Below, piece after piece: positions 63,908 to 64,000 of a stretch of 64,000 nt of DNA. Source of the stretch: Octopus sinensis (Eukaryota); contig NC_042997.1 of NCBI RefSeq assembly GCF_006345805.1, positions 15,686,001 to 15,750,000 on the forward strand. Reading direction: 5' to 3'. Position 1 is the first letter of the stretch. The number at the start of each line of letters is the position of its first letter. The notes under the pieces are model-generated. The model did not search any database, had not been told where the DNA came from, and saw nothing but the letters and a program-made list of their open reading frames with translations. The translations under genes and the position numbers were made by a program.

Positions 63908-64000
63908 TACCTGGTTGATCCTGCCAGTAGTCATATGCTTGTCTCAAAGCTTAAGCCATGCAAGTGTAAGTTCATGCCGTAAACGAATGGTGAAACCGCG
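63908..64000 (+). rRNA. 18S rRNA: 18S rRNA 5' end, running off the window
   Basis: TACCTGGTTGATCCTGCCAGTAGTCATATGCTTGTCTCAAAG..TAAGCCATGCA..GGTGAAACCGCG, the conserved eukaryotic SSU start. Confidence 0.97.

Overview
Eukaryotic, AT-rich, microsatellite-saturated DNA with no recognisable host protein-coding exon. The repeat families look like those of an octopus or other coleoid cephalopod genome (inference from recognition, not searched). Most of the window is nested mobile-element debris. It holds three abundant tRNA-headed SINE families (called A, B, C here) and a rarer one (D), plus decayed RTE, CR1, L1/Tx1 and R4/Dong-type LINEs. It also holds mariner and pogo-type DNA transposon remnants, non-autonomous Helitrons and Penelope-like fragments, several as fold-back insertions. 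Large simple-sequence blocks: (CTTT)n 8.3-8.9 kb, a 4.1-kb AAC/ACC minisatellite 24.2-28.3 kb, (CAT)n, (AAT)n 50.8-52.7 kb and (TTC)n 63.4-63.7 kb. There is a 100-N gap at 46761-46860, and the 5' end of an 18S rRNA gene begins at 63908. Nearly all long ORFs in the supplied track are low-complexity artefacts. The most interesting signals are: (1) TSD-flanked one-head/many-body concatemers of SINE-C (a 9-mer and an independent dimer) with the same junction; (2) a tandem pair of minimal type I hammerhead-like folds 555 nt apart; (3) a train of R4/Dong 3' ends and an unknown non-coding element linked by (AAT)n; (4) Tx1-like 3' ends sitting in (GATA)n; (5) a 72-bp target duplication; (6) an 18S start with no recognisable rDNA upstream. 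All alignments and translations were done by eye, and boundaries of decayed elements are approximate.
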